Translations under genes and position numbers: made by a program | NCBI GenBank assembly: GCA_040220235.1 | Contig: JAVJTO010000128.1 | Direction: 5' to 3' (one strand) | Length of the DNA stretch: 40,604 nucleotides | Origin: Coleofasciculus sp. B1-GNL1-01 | GTDB taxonomy: Bacteria; Cyanobacteriota; Cyanobacteriia; Cyanobacteriales; Coleofasciculaceae | Notes under the pieces: generated by a model | Told to the model about the DNA's origin: nothing | Seen by the model: the letters and a program-made list of their open reading frames with translations, nothing else | Database searches by the model: none | In this document: one piece after another, positions 30,311-40,604 of the stretch | How the letters are laid out: each line of letters opens with the position of its first letter | Position numbering within the stretch: position 1 is the stretch's first letter

Positions 30311-30877
30311 TCAAACACAAAATTCAGGTGACCAGTCTTGATGACCGCGCTCAGGGTAACATTTGAACTGAGATCCTGCCCAAATCATCTGCCATTGTTC
30401 ATTCGCTTGAGCCGAGGGATTTTTCTGGAACTCAACGCGATATCGGATACCTCTAACCGAATCATCCTTTAATCCAGTTTGAATTAGGGTAACAATTGCC
30501 TGATCCGGTTGAGGATAGGAAACATCGACGGTGGGTGAATCCGTGTCAGCGTCGCTAGTACCAAACGCTGAGAGTGCGATCGCCTTGGGATCACTCCCGG
30601 TTAAACTCGTCCTATCTGTCTGTTGGGATAGATCAATAGAACGATAGTTTTCCCGGTTAGCTGCTGGCGTCTGAGGCGATGAAAAATTTTGCTGGGGAGT
30701 TGAATTACCGGGAGAATCGGGGGATGGCTCAGTCGATGAGGAAGTCGTTTTGTCAGGTGAGGGATTAGCGGCTGTAACTGTCGCTTCTGGGCGATTACTG
30801 GTACAAGCCGTCAGCAGGATTACCATACCAGCGAGACTCACCAAAGAAATTTTGCCCGATTTGACCATCCAATCCAT
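30311..30877 (-). CDS. Hypothetical lipoprotein
   Basis: Lipobox LTAC; C-terminal DDSVRGIRYRVEF...C..RGHQDW...C. Confidence 0.75.
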   Translation of the reverse strand: MDWMVKSGKISLVSLAGMVILLTACTSNRPEATVTAANPSPDKTTSSSTEPSPDSPGNSTPQQNFSSPQTPAANRENYRSIDLSQQTDRTSLTGSDPKAIALSAFGTSDADTDSPTVDVSYPQPDQAIVTLIQTGLKDDSVRGIRYRVEFQKNPSAQANEQWQMIWAGSQFKCYPERGHQDWSPEFCV

Positions 30878-30962
30878 CAGCTTTCTATGTAAGCGGCTAA
30901 TTCTATTGTAGGTTGGTATGGAGAAGCACCCAGATTTAGAGGCGGGTGGGTAATCCCTATTT

Positions 30963-31007
30963 CCTGTTCCCTGTTCCCTGTTCCCTGTTCCCCATTCCCC
31001 GTTCCCT
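30963..31007 (-). repeat. Heptamer repeat (TGTTCCC)n
   Basis: Seen directly. Confidence 0.75.
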
Positions 31008-31111
31008 CTTTTCGACCTCTATATATAGTTTGAGAACCCGTCATCAAGCTAAAATGCGATCTGGCAAATGCTATTGTTATTTAACGCCTAGTTCATAGGG
31101 AATACCACCTC

Positions 31112-32419
31112 ATGATCCACGAAGTTTTCATGCCCGCCCTTAGCTCCACCATGACCGAAGGTAAAATTGTCTCTTGGGTAAAATCTCCAGGGGACAAAAT
31201 AGAAAAAGGCGAAACCGTGGTAGTGGTTGAGTCTGACAAGGCGGATATGGATGTGGAGTCGTTCTATGAGGGCTATCTAGCCGTCATTACTGTACCCGCA
31301 GGTGAAACCGTACCTGTCGGAGAGGCAATTGCCCTACTAGCCGAAACTCCTGACGAAATTGAGACGGCTAAACAACAAGCCTCCCAATCCAGTTCCGCCT
31401 CAGACTCAGCCAGTACTCCGCCTGATCAAACGCCAACAGATCAAACGCCAAAACCTGAATCTGAACCTGCTACTGTTTCAGCCGCTTCCCAAGCGCAAGA
31501 TACCCCTAGTCGTCGTAATGGACGCACTGTCGCCTCGCCTAGGGCGAAGAAATTAGCGAAAGAGTTGAAGGTTGAACTCGATACATTGACAGGTAGTGGT
31601 CCTCACGGACGCATTGTGGCAGAAGATGTGGAAGCCGCTGCTGGCAAAACGACCCAACCCGAACCCGCCGCTGCACCGCAACAGCCAACGCCTGAGCCTG
31701 CGACTCAACCGACGGCTACACCAACCACGCCTGTAGCTATACCCCAAGGAGAAGTGGTTCCCTTCAACACCCTGCAAAATGCTGTGGTGCGGAATATGGT
31801 GGCAAGTCTTCAGGTGCCATCCTTCCGGGTGGGGTATACCATCACCACTAATGAATTGGATAAGCTGTATAAACAAATTAAGCCTAAGGGCGTAACCATG
31901 ACTGCCCTATTAGCGAAAGCCGTCGCTGTGACATTGAAACAACATCCAAAGATAAATGCCAGTTATACGGAAAAGGGGATTCAGTATCATGCTGGCATCA
32001 ATGTGGCTGTTGCTGTGGCTATGGCAGATGGGGGACTGATTACACCAACGCTACAAAAAGCCGATGAGGTGGATATTTATTCCTTGTCTCGCACCTGGAA
32101 AGGGTTGGTTGAACGCTCCCGGCGCAAGCAGTTGCAACCGGAGGAATATAGTTCCGGTACGTTTACGATCTCGAATTTGGGGATGTATGGCGTTGACCGA
32201 TTTGATGCAATTTTACCGCCGGGACAAGGGGCAATCATGGCGATTGGCGCATCACGTCCGCAAGTTGTGGCGACAACGGATGGCATGATGGGTGTGCAGA
32301 ATCAGATGCAGGTGAATATGACCTGTGATCACCGGATTATTTACGGTGCTGATGCAGCAGCATTCCTGCAAGATTTGGCGAAGTTGATTGAAACCAATCC
32401 GCAATCGTTGACGCTGTAA
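31112..32419 (+). CDS. pdhC: Pyruvate dehydrogenase E2 dihydrolipoamide acetyltransferase
   Basis: Lipoyl VESDKADM, E3-binding ASPRAKKLA..GSGPHGRI, catalytic DHRIIYGA. Confidence 0.96.
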   Translation: MIHEVFMPALSSTMTEGKIVSWVKSPGDKIEKGETVVVVESDKADMDVESFYEGYLAVITVPAGETVPVGEAIALLAETPDEIETAKQQASQSSSASDSASTPPDQTPTDQTPKPESEPATVSAASQAQDTPSRRNGRTVASPRAKKLAKELKVELDTLTGSGPHGRIVAEDVEAAAGKTTQPEPAAAPQQPTPEPATQPTATPTTPVAIPQGEVVPFNTLQNAVVRNMVASLQVPSFRVGYTITTNELDKLYKQIKPKGVTMTALLAKAVAVTLKQHPKINASYTEKGIQYHAGINVAVAVAMADGGLITPTLQKADEVDIYSLSRTWKGLVERSRRKQLQPEEYSSGTFTISNLGMYGVDRFDAILPPGQGAIMAIGASRPQVVATTDGMMGVQNQMQVNMTCDHRIIYGADAAAFLQDLAKLIETNPQSLTL

Positions 32420-32461
32420 TCGGATTTTGTCCTGTAACACACACGATCAAATAGTGGCGAA

Positions 32462-32525
32462 GGGCGGGTTTTGCCTTTGAGGTTATCGGTAGATAGTCAA
32501 ATTAAACGGCTAAACCCGCCCCTAC
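32462..32525 (-). repeat. GTAG-REP pair
   Basis: GGGCGGGTTT ... AAACCCGCCCCTAC. Confidence 0.75.
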
Positions 32526-32557
32526 AATTGACGGATGAATTTTTGACAGTCAAGGAT

Positions 32558-33237
32558 TCAATTCCAAACAATTTGTAAATCTAAAATAAAGCCAGGTAAG
32601 CTGTTCGGCATTTAAACCTTAATATCAATAATGGCGCAATCCTTGTAGTGCGAGCATCTTGCTCGCTACTAATACCCAATTTAAATGCATGACAGCTTAG
32701 AACATCTTCTCCCGATAACTGGATAGGATTTTCCAGGATTTCTACGGTTTGCCCTTGGCGGTAAATTTCAACGCGACGAGTTGGTCGATAGAGTAACCAA
32801 CCCAGTCTGACTTGATTATCCATGTATTCTTGCATTTTAGCTTGGGTTTCTGATAACGTATCGCTGGGTGACATTAACTCCAAAACAAAATCCGGAGCAA
32901 TGGGTGGAAACTTTTCTTTTTGTTCCTCTGTCAGCGCATCCCATCGTTCTTGTTGAACCCAAGCCACATCGGGAGAACGGTTCGCCCCATTGGGTAGGTG
33001 AAAACAGGTGGAAGAGTCGAAGACTTCTCCCAATCCCGTTTGTCGATTCCAAATAACGAAATCAGCGATAATTCCAGCATTTCGTTTTCCCGTTTCTCCG
33101 CCTGTGGGGGACACGATGATTAATTCTCCTTTGGCATTGCGTTCAAATTTTACGTCGGGATTGAGTCGGCAAAGATGATAAAATTGCTCTTGATTCAGGT
33201 GAACAATTGGATTGAGGTTAATCGTAACGGCTGTCAT
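32558..33237 (-). pseudogene. Uma2 family endonuclease with its C-terminus disrupted by a MITE
   Basis: RSPDVAW and APDFVLELMS motifs. Removing the insert restores SGEDVLPGFILDLQIVWN*. Confidence 0.85.
32599..32697 (-). mobile_element. 99-bp MITE with TA target duplication
   Basis: AGCTGT...ACAGCT ends; TA at 32597-32598 and 32698-32699; internal GTAG hairpin. Confidence 0.92.
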
Positions 33238-33470
33238 AAGTAGTTAAGATAGAAAGCAATTGATACAGTTAAAGACTATTTTACGCGATCGCTTAATTTC
33301 CCTCGCCATCAACGCTCAGAACTGGTGCAGGTTTTACCATTACACCACCATCTGTCGGGAACCCTTGATGAACATTGGTGTAAACTTAAGGTTGAAAGCT
33401 TTACTTAATCAGAGATCCCCCCTAGCCCCCCTTCAAAAGGGGGGAACAAGAAAGGTAGGGTAAGCAAACG

Positions 33471-34853
33471 ATGTCTGAACAGTTCGTCCAAGGTGAAACA
33501 ATAGCCGCGATCGCAACTGCTGTCGTTCCCCAACAGGGGAGTGTGGGAATTGTGCGGGTGTCGGGCGAAAATGCCTTAGAAATCGCCCGTCAACTATTCC
33601 ACGCACCAGGGCGTCAAGCTTGGCAGACTCACCGCATTCTCTATGGGTATGTGCGTCATCCTCAAACCCAACAGATCGTGGATGAAGCCCTACTCCTAAT
33701 TATGCAATCCCCTCGCTCTTATACTCGTGAAGATGTCGTCGAGTTCCATTGTCACGGTGGGATTATGCCTGTGCAGCAGGTGTTGCAACTCTGCTTAGAG
33801 TTAGGCGCACGATTAGCCCAACCGGGAGAGTTTACCCTGCGGGCATTTTTAAATGGGCGGTTAGATTTAACCCAAGCTGAAAGTATCGCTGACTTAGTGG
33901 GTTCTCGTTCCCCCGCCGCCGCCCAAGCTGCATTGGCGGGAATGCAAGGGAAGCTAGCTGTACCGATTCGCCAACTCCGGGCGACGTGTTTAGATAACTT
34001 GGCAGAAATTGAAGCCCGTATCGACTTTGAGGAAGATTTACCGCCCTTAGATGAAGCCGGGATCGTTGCTCAACTGCAACAAGTATTAACGGATATTAAG
34101 CAAATTCTCGCCACCGCCGATCGCGGTCAATTATTGCGAACAGGCTTAAACATCGCCATTGTCGGGCGTCCGAATGTGGGTAAATCCAGCTTATTGAACG
34201 CCTGGAGTCGCAGCGATCGCGCGATCGTTACTGACTTACCCGGTACAACTCGTGATGTGGTAGAGTCGCAGTTAGTCGTTGGTGGCATCCCCATACAGGT
34301 TCTAGATACCGCCGGAATCCGGGAAACCGTGGATCAAGTCGAGAAAATTGGCGTTGAGCGATCGCGCCGTGCGGCTGAGGCGGCTGATTTAATTGTATTG
34401 GTGATTGAAGCGACGACAGGGTGGACAACAGAAGACCAAGAAATTTACACCCAAGTCAAACACCGCCCCCTAATTTTAGTGATTAATAAAACCGATCTCA
34501 CCCCCGCCGATTCTGTCTCCTATCCGGATAGTATTGACCGAGTAATTACAGCCGCCGTCACTAAAAATGAAGGGATTGAGGCATTAGAACAAGGGATTCT
34601 GGAAGCCGTACAAACGGGAACCCTGCACGCGGCTGACTTAGATTTAGCGATTAACCAGCGACAAGCCGCCGCCCTAACCCAAGCCAAGATAGCATTGGAA
34701 CAGGTACAAGAAACTATCGCCCAACAGTTACCCTTAGATTTTTGGACAATTGATTTACGTGGCGCGATTCAAGCCTTAGGTGAAATTACTGGGGAAGAGG
34801 TAACGGAATCCGTGCTTGACCGGATTTTTAGTCGCTTTTGTATTGGCAAGTAG
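33471..34853 (+). CDS. mnmE: tRNA modification GTPase MnmE/TrmE
   Basis: [21 protein letters not shown] and terminal FCIGK. Confidence 0.97.
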   Translation: MSEQFVQGETIAAIATAVVPQQGSVGIVRVSGENALEIARQLFHAPGRQAWQTHRILYGYVRHPQTQQIVDEALLLIMQSPRSYTREDVVEFHCHGGIMPVQQVLQLCLELGARLAQPGEFTLRAFLNGRLDLTQAESIADLVGSRSPAAAQAALAGMQGKLAVPIRQLRATCLDNLAEIEARIDFEEDLPPLDEAGIVAQLQQVLTDIKQILATADRGQLLRTGLNIAIVGRPNVGKSSLLNAWSRSDRAIVTDLPGTTRDVVESQLVVGGIPIQVLDTAGIRETVDQVEKIGVERSRRAAEAADLIVLVIEATTGWTTEDQEIYTQVKHRPLILVINKTDLTPADSVSYPDSIDRVITAAVTKNEGIEALEQGILEAVQTGTLHAADLDLAINQRQAAALTQAKIALEQVQETIAQQLPLDFWTIDLRGAIQALGEITGEEVTESVLDRIFSRFCIGK

Positions 34854-35023
34854 GTTTCCTGATGTTACTCGAATTAAGGGGTTTATTAGTAAAGGCTAAA
34901 GCCTTTAAACTTTTAATTGAGTTTAACCGGACATGATATAAAGGGCGCAAGGATGATGCCCCTACAGACAGATATTCAGGTATTTTTAGAGCGAGAAAGG
35001 AGTAACTATGCCCTTGATAATTT

Positions 35024-35071
35024 AGTCCGCGCCAGCGGACTTTGTTTGTGTAGGCGTCACTTCCAGTCGCC
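35024..35071 (-). repeat. AGTCCGC..GCGGACTTTGTTTGTGTAG element
   Basis: Third copy of the family at 22686-22733 and 27834-27880. Confidence 0.75.
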
Positions 35072-35146
35072 GGGACAACTGATAGTCACTTTTTTTTCAC
35101 ATTTATCAAGGAACAATAGAGAAGAATCATCATACATGTTGCGACG

Positions 35147-37648
35147 GTGCTAACAATGAACTCTAACGAGATGAGGAATCAAGCCTCTATTACCAGCCCA
35201 TCCAGGGAATTGAATCCAAACATCAAAGCCCCTGATCCGATTCCGGTAAATAGCGATATAATAAAAGCTTTACCGAGTCCCCTTGCCCTGCCGTTGCATT
35301 TTTCTTTGAGCATTTTGGAACCCAGGAACGAGGAATTAGACCAGCCCATCCAACCCCCAAGCGCCACAGGATGCTTAGGCGAAGATCAATTTGCCCTCGC
35401 CTTCCGCTTGTCTCCCAACGCCATGGCAATCAGCACCCTAGCTGATGGACGCTTGTTGGCGGTCAATGATCGGTTACTTCACCTAGTCGGGTATCAAAAA
35501 GACGAACTGATTGGCACAAGCACAGTCGAATTAAAGTTTTGGCTGCATCCAGAGGAGCGTACTCGCTTTATCCAGCAATTACAAACTCAGGGAACCATTC
35601 ACAATTACGAATTTGATTTTCGTCTCAAATCAGGACAGGTAAAAACGGGGTTATTATCAGCAAATATTATTAACTTTAGTGGACAAGACTGCTTACTCAG
35701 TATCATTAACGACATCACTGAACGCAAACATGCTGAGGAACAAGTAACACGTCTAGCTAAAATGAGCCAAGCCATTAGTAGTGCGACGGATTTTCAGACT
35801 GCATTGGATATCGCCTTACATCAAGTCTGCGAAATTACAGGCTGGAGTTATGGCGAAGTGTGGATTCCCGCGACGGATGGTATGGCATTAGAATGTAGCC
35901 CAAGTTGGTATGGTAAACGTACAGATATCGATTCTCCAGACGCCACAAAATTCGACCAATTTCGAGAGTACAGTGCTGCCTTAACCATCTTACCCAATGA
36001 AGAATTACCGGGACGAGTATGGCATCGAGTTCAGCCGGAGTGGGTTGATGATTTAGCGACGTTTCCAGATGACCTTTTCCTGAGATTAGACCTCGCGGTT
36101 AAATGCGGATTTAACTCAGCATTTGCCGTCCCCATCGTGACACCAACCGCTGCTCAAGAACCCGTTTCAGTCTTAGCCGTGCTGGTATTTTTCATGGCAA
36201 AAAAATACCCACCTGACCATCATTTCTTTGAGCTAGTCACGGTTATTTCTAATCAGTTAGGTAGTGTGATGCAGCAGAAGAAAGCGGTCACAGAGATGCA
36301 AGCCCTTTTCGCCGCGATGACAGATGTGGTGTTGGTGATTGATGCCTCAGGACGATGCCTAAAAATTGCCCCCACGAATCCCCTGAGTGACTACAAGCCA
36401 TCAGCCGAAATTGTGGGTAAAACCTTACACGAACAGTTCCCAGTTAAGCAAGCTGATTTTATTCTCCAAGCTATCCAAGAGGCTCTTTTAACTCAGCAAA
36501 CGGTTAGTATTGACTATCAATTGACCGTTGCCGGACGAGATAGTTGGTTCGCGGCTAACCTATCACCTCTGTCTCATGATAGTGTGATTTGGGCAGCACG
36601 GGATATCAGTGAGAGTAAATTACTGGAAAATAAGCTGCGAACGTCGGAAAGTAAAATGCGCCTATTTTTTGAGGCGATGAATGCGATTGTTTTAATTATT
36701 GATGTTCAAGACCATACAATCGCAAATATCGAAATAGCGCCGACGAACCCCACCCGATTCTATGACTTTTACATTGACCCAATTAACCAAACAATCGAAT
36801 ATCTTTTTCAAGAGGAAACGGCTCAGGATTGGTTAGATAAGATTCAACAGGCGCTAACCACTCAGCACACGATCTATTTTGATTATAGTCTACAAAGTGA
36901 AGACAATACCGTATGGTTTGCCGCCAGTATTTCGGCAATTTCTGACCAATCGATTATTTGGGTGGCGCGTGATATTACCGATCGCAAGCAGGCAGAGGCG
37001 GCGTTACAGGTAGAGCAAGAAAAGTCTGAGCAGTTATTACTAAATATCTTACCCGAACTGATTGCCCATCGGCTTAAGCAAGATCAGAGGGCGATTGCAG
37101 AACATTTTGATCAGGTGACAATTCTGTTTGCCGATATTGTTGGATTTACACCGTTATCGGCACGTCTACAACCGATTGAATTGGTAAATATGTTGAATCA
37201 AATCTTTTCCACATTTGATCAGCTAGCGGATCAGTATGGGTTGGAGAAGATTAAAACCATTGGTGATGCGTATATGGTTGTTGGCGGTTTACCTCGTCCC
37301 CTAGACGATCATGCCACAGCGATCGCGCAGATGGCGTTGGATATGCAAGAAGCAATTCATGAATTTCAAAAGCAACAGGGGGAGTCGTTTGAAATTCGCA
37401 TTGGGATTAACACCGGATCAGTCGTGGCAGGTGTGATTGGTAGGAAAAAATTTATCTATGATTTATGGGGAGATGCGGTTAATGTTGCCTCTCGCATGGA
37501 ATCATCAGGAGAACCGGGTAAAATTCAAGTTACCGCTACTACATACCAACAGTTACAGCACAAGTTTATCTTTGAACAGCGAGGTGCTGTCAAAGTTAAG
37601 GGTAAAGGCGATATGATTACTTATTGGCTGCTGGGTAGGAGTAAATGA
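35147..37648 (+). CDS. Class III adenylate cyclase with PAS-GAF-PAS-PAS sensors (start uncertain)
   Basis: ILFADIVGFT, KIKTIGDAYM and YDLWGDAVNVASRMES (ATP-specifying K and D); PAS DITERK motifs. Confidence 0.92.
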   Translation: MLTMNSNEMRNQASITSPSRELNPNIKAPDPIPVNSDIIKALPSPLALPLHFSLSILEPRNEELDQPIQPPSATGCLGEDQFALAFRLSPNAMAISTLADGRLLAVNDRLLHLVGYQKDELIGTSTVELKFWLHPEERTRFIQQLQTQGTIHNYEFDFRLKSGQVKTGLLSANIINFSGQDCLLSIINDITERKHAEEQVTRLAKMSQAISSATDFQTALDIALHQVCEITGWSYGEVWIPATDGMALECSPSWYGKRTDIDSPDATKFDQFREYSAALTILPNEELPGRVWHRVQPEWVDDLATFPDDLFLRLDLAVKCGFNSAFAVPIVTPTAAQEPVSVLAVLVFFMAKKYPPDHHFFELVTVISNQLGSVMQQKKAVTEMQALFAAMTDVVLVIDASGRCLKIAPTNPLSDYKPSAEIVGKTLHEQFPVKQADFILQAIQEALLTQQTVSIDYQLTVAGRDSWFAANLSPLSHDSVIWAARDISESKLLENKLRTSESKMRLFFEAMNAIVLIIDVQDHTIANIEIAPTNPTRFYDFYIDPINQTIEYLFQEETAQDWLDKIQQALTTQHTIYFDYSLQSEDNTVWFAASISAISDQSIIWVARDITDRKQAEAALQVEQEKSEQLLLNILPELIAHRLKQDQRAIAEHFDQVTILFADIVGFTPLSARLQPIELVNMLNQIFSTFDQLADQYGLEKIKTIGDAYMVVGGLPRPLDDHATAIAQMALDMQEAIHEFQKQQGESFEIRIGINTGSVVAGVIGRKKFIYDLWGDAVNVASRMESSGEPGKIQVTATTYQQLQHKFIFEQRGAVKVKGKGDMITYWLLGRSK

Positions 37649-37660
37649 TGACTGTTTAGC

Positions 37661-38566
37661 TTATTCATCCTTTCTAATCAGTTGAGCAATAAGAGGGGCA
37701 ACTGAGACAATCTGCAACTGAGACCAATTCTCAGCGTTAATTGATATTGTATCCGTCGCCAAAATCTGTTGGATACTGTCATGACTAAGCTTCTGGCGGG
37801 CGTCTTGAAGAAATAGCCCATGAGTAACAGCAACTGTCATCTCTGGGCGGGCACCCGCATCGAGTAAGGCGTCTACCGTCTTAGCAATTGTACCCCCGGT
37901 GGAAATCATATCATCTATGATCAGGCAGGGGCGATCGCGCACTTCTCCCACGATCCGCGTTACCTGGGTTTGAGTCCCGCTTTGTCGTTGCTTATGCACT
38001 ACAATTACAGAGGTATCAAGGATTTGGGCATACTCCGTCGCCATCGATACCCGTCCCGTATCGGGGGACACCACCACCACATCAGCAGGTAAGCGATCGC
38101 GCAGGGTTTCGCCTAAAATTGATACAGCCGATAAACTATCCACAGGAATGCGGAAAAAGCCCTCAATCTGGGGTGCATGTAAATCCAGGGTAATCACGCG
38201 ATCGATCCCCACAGTCTGCATAATCTCAGCCACCATACTGGCGGTAATCGGTTCGTGACAACCATGGCGTTTATCTGCACGGGCATAGCCAAAGTAGGGA
38301 ATAATCGCTGTAATTTGCCTCGCTGCTGCCCGACGACAGGCATCTGCAAATGCTAAGAGTTCCATCAGATGGTCGTTAACGGGGGGAGAAGTAGACTGGA
38401 TGATAAAAACCGACTTCTGCCGCACCGACTCCTGTAATTGTACCGTGACTTCCCCATCTGGGAATTGCTGCGCCGTACAATTTCCCAAGGGTATATTTAA
38501 GTCTTGGGCGATCGCTTTCGCTAATCCAGGATTAGCCCTACCTGCAAACAGAATTATATTATTCAT
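37661..38566 (-). CDS. prs: Ribose-phosphate pyrophosphokinase
   Basis: FPDGE, PYFGYARAD, DLHAPQIEGFF and IIDDMISTGGT. Confidence 0.92.
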   Translation of the reverse strand: MNNIILFAGRANPGLAKAIAQDLNIPLGNCTAQQFPDGEVTVQLQESVRQKSVFIIQSTSPPVNDHLMELLAFADACRRAAARQITAIIPYFGYARADKRHGCHEPITASMVAEIMQTVGIDRVITLDLHAPQIEGFFRIPVDSLSAVSILGETLRDRLPADVVVVSPDTGRVSMATEYAQILDTSVIVVHKQRQSGTQTQVTRIVGEVRDRPCLIIDDMISTGGTIAKTVDALLDAGARPEMTVAVTHGLFLQDARQKLSHDSIQQILATDTISINAENWSQLQIVSVAPLIAQLIRKDE

Positions 38567-38650
38567 CGACCATCTCTATTTCAATCAACTCTTTTATCCT
38601 TAGCGCAACCGCGAATATTCTAAATCTGCTAGAAGTTAGATGCATTCTTA

Positions 38651-39092
38651 ACCTGATGCAGGGCGACCCGATAAGATTGATAGGTCGGTTCTGCTATTTT
38701 TTACAGCGGGTTCTCCCTACATGTCAAATGTGGCGGTGTCAGATAATTCATGATAAGCGATTCAGGATGACGCCAATACAATTAATGGGTTGATTTTGGA
38801 CGGTGGTTCATGCCGATTTTTATTTGAATTGGCGATACCTAATACAGGGCGACCCGATAAAATTGATAGGTTGGTTCTGTTCTTTTTTGCAGCGGGTCGC
38901 CCCTACATGTCAAATATGATGATGTCAGATAATTCATGATAGGTGATTCAAGGTGACGCCAATACAATTAATGGGTTGATTTTGGGCGGTGGTTCATGCC
39001 GATTTTTATTTGAATTGGTGATACCTGATGCAGGGCGACCCGATAAAATTGATGGGTCGGTTCTGTTATTTTTTGCAGCGGGTCGCCCCTAC
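38651..39092. repeat. Tandem array of 186-bp units, each carrying a GTAG-REP pair (about 2.4 units)
   Basis: Units begin at 38651, 38837 and 39023; degenerate continuation to about 39165. Confidence 0.9.
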
Positions 39093-39173
39093 AGTTTAAT
39101 TAATGCCAATAAAATCGATAGTTGGATTAATTTGTGCGGTAGATCATGTTTATATTTCATTTATTTCCAATAT

Positions 39174-40118
39174 CTAATGCAATGCAACCCGATTGTATCC
39201 CTGACTTTTGGCGTGATAGAGTGCCTTATTCGCTCGTTGAATAATTACCTCGATGTTGGCATCGTCTAATTGATAACTAGCTACACCAACTGTTACCGTC
39301 ATTTGCACCTGTTTATCGCCAATCCCTATAGTAATTTGTTCCAGCCGCTTTCTCAAACGTTCAGCCACACGTATCGCCCCACTACTATCGGTTTCAGGAA
39401 GTAATGTGACAAACTCTTCACCGCCAAATCGTCCACAATAATCTGCTTCACGCAATGAACCAACGATGCTTTTTGCTACACCCTTAAGCACTTCATCTCC
39501 CATCGTATGTCCATACTCATCATTGATTTGCTTAAAGTTGTCAATGTCAATCATCAGGATAGACATGAAACGTTTGTAACGAGAGGCTCGATTAAATTCT
39601 TGATAAGCAACAGTTAAAAAATGGCGGCGATTCCAGAGTCCTGTTAGGGGATCAGTAATCGCTAATTTTCTCAACAAATTCGTTAATTTATCGTGTTCTT
39701 TAATCAATCGATTCAATTCTTTTTGAGTCTGCTTCAATTCTAAATGGGTTCGGACACGGGCAAGAATCTCTGCTGGATTAAAGGGGTAAGTAATTGTATC
39801 GGCTGTACCCTTCTCAAATGCTTCAATTAAATACTCTTGTTCACGAATCGTCCGCATCAGGATAATTGGACTTGTTGTTAGGGGAGGTGGAGACTTAAGA
39901 TAGTCGCACAACTCTAATCCACTCATATTGGGCATGGTTAAAGCCATAATAATTAAGTCAGGCTTATCAAGGTGTACACGCTCAATCGCATCCTGTCCGT
40001 TGCTGACAACAATCGTTTTGTAGCCTTCGGCTTCTAAAATGACATGCAGAATTTGTAAATTATTGGGATTATCATCAACAATCAAAATTAGGAATTTTTC
40101 CGGAAAGAATTTTTTCAT
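39174..40118 (-). CDS. REC-GGDEF diguanylate cyclase with a degenerate receiver
   Basis: DPLTGLWNRR, DIDNFKQIND.YGH..GD and READ...GGEEF motifs. Confidence 0.9.
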   Translation of the reverse strand: MKKFFPEKFLILIVDDNPNNLQILHVILEAEGYKTIVVSNGQDAIERVHLDKPDLIIMALTMPNMSGLELCDYLKSPPPLTTSPIILMRTIREQEYLIEAFEKGTADTITYPFNPAEILARVRTHLELKQTQKELNRLIKEHDKLTNLLRKLAITDPLTGLWNRRHFLTVAYQEFNRASRYKRFMSILMIDIDNFKQINDEYGHTMGDEVLKGVAKSIVGSLREADYCGRFGGEEFVTLLPETDSSGAIRVAERLRKRLEQITIGIGDKQVQMTVTVGVASYQLDDANIEVIIQRANKALYHAKSQGYNRVALH

Positions 40119-40131
40119 TGGTCATTATCCT

Positions 40132-40345
40132 TCACCCTCGGCTATCTTGATATTTTATCGGAGAGTAAGGCAGAATAGTTAATGGAATTGTGACAATAAA
40201 TGTTGTTCCTTGCCCAGGGGTTGAATGACAATGGATTTGACCTTTGTGTTTGTCAACAATAATTTGGTGACTAATTGACAAGCCTAACCCTGTGCCATTG
40301 CCAACAGGTTTGGTGGTGAAAAATGGGTCAAATATATTGTTGGAC
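40132..40345 (-). pseudogene. Orphan C-terminal HATPase_c fragment of a histidine kinase
   Basis: [26 protein letters not shown]...HKG; no H-, N- or G1-box upstream; abuts a terminator hairpin. Confidence 0.75.
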
Positions 40346-40352
40346 TTTGGAC

Positions 40353-40394
40353 AAAAAAACTGCATTTGCGTAAAAGTTACGCAAATGCAGTTTT
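40353..40394 (-). terminator. 18-bp perfect hairpin, terminator of the upstream minus-strand gene
   Basis: AAAACTGCATTTGCGTAA-AAG-TTACGCAAATGCAGTTTT with a U-tract on the minus strand. Confidence 0.75.
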
Positions 40395-40436
40395 AACTAA
40401 ATTAAGAGGAAATAATTTGACGATGACCGAAAATTT

Positions 40437-40604
40437 TTACTCGTCTTTAACTCCTTTATTTTTCCCAGAGATATCCGGCTCAGTTTCTCCTCCAAAACAA
40501 ACATCTAAATAACTTGACTGGAGAGAATTAATAACTCTTTCCAATTCGTCGATAAGTCCTCTTCTTGTTACTTTTTCCACAGCATCAATATGAGCCTCAC
40601 TTCC
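40437..40604 (-). CDS. 3' end of an unidentified gene (partial)
   Basis: Open frame from the window edge: GSEAHIDAVEKVTRRGLIDELERVINSLQSSYLDVCFGGETEPDISGKNKGVKDE*, followed by a terminator. Confidence 0.5.
   Translation of the reverse strand, partial: GSEAHIDAVEKVTRRGLIDELERVINSLQSSYLDVCFGGETEPDISGKNKGVKDE

Noticed and set aside
38651..39092. CRISPR array
   Set aside because: Spacers are near-identical and about 125 bp long; no cas genes are present.
38943..39269. 108-aa ORF in the tandem array
   Set aside because: Translation of repeat DNA, and it overlaps the GGDEF gene in antisense.

Overview
A cyanobacterial chromosomal window. Evidence: many HIP1 GCGATCGC sites, rpaB, an sphR-type regulator, a CCB2/4 protein, and repeat-rich intergenic DNA typical of filamentous Oscillatoriales; a Coleofasciculus-like source is my inference. 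Core and metabolic genes: sphR/phoB, creatininase, a glycosyl/pyruvyl-transferase cluster, radA, rpaB, pip, rtcB, pncB-nadD-nrtR, pdhC, mnmE, a PAS/GAF adenylate cyclase, prs and a REC-GGDEF protein. Accessory content: the start of an IS605-family tnpB element with an IS608-like left end, a frameshifted Avs/AVAST-like nuclease-STAND gene bracketed by inverted composite repeats, TA-duplicating ~100-bp MITEs (one disrupts a Uma2 gene), a 338-bp MITE with a 9-bp target duplication, several GTAG-REP families and a 186-bp tandem array. The top candidate novelty is a ~230-nt, heavily base-paired, pseudoknot-capable RNA-like element (14024-14253) that I do not recognise as any known family. It has a candidate promoter and terminator, converges on a 50-aa ORF missing from the ORF track, and lies next to rtcB.
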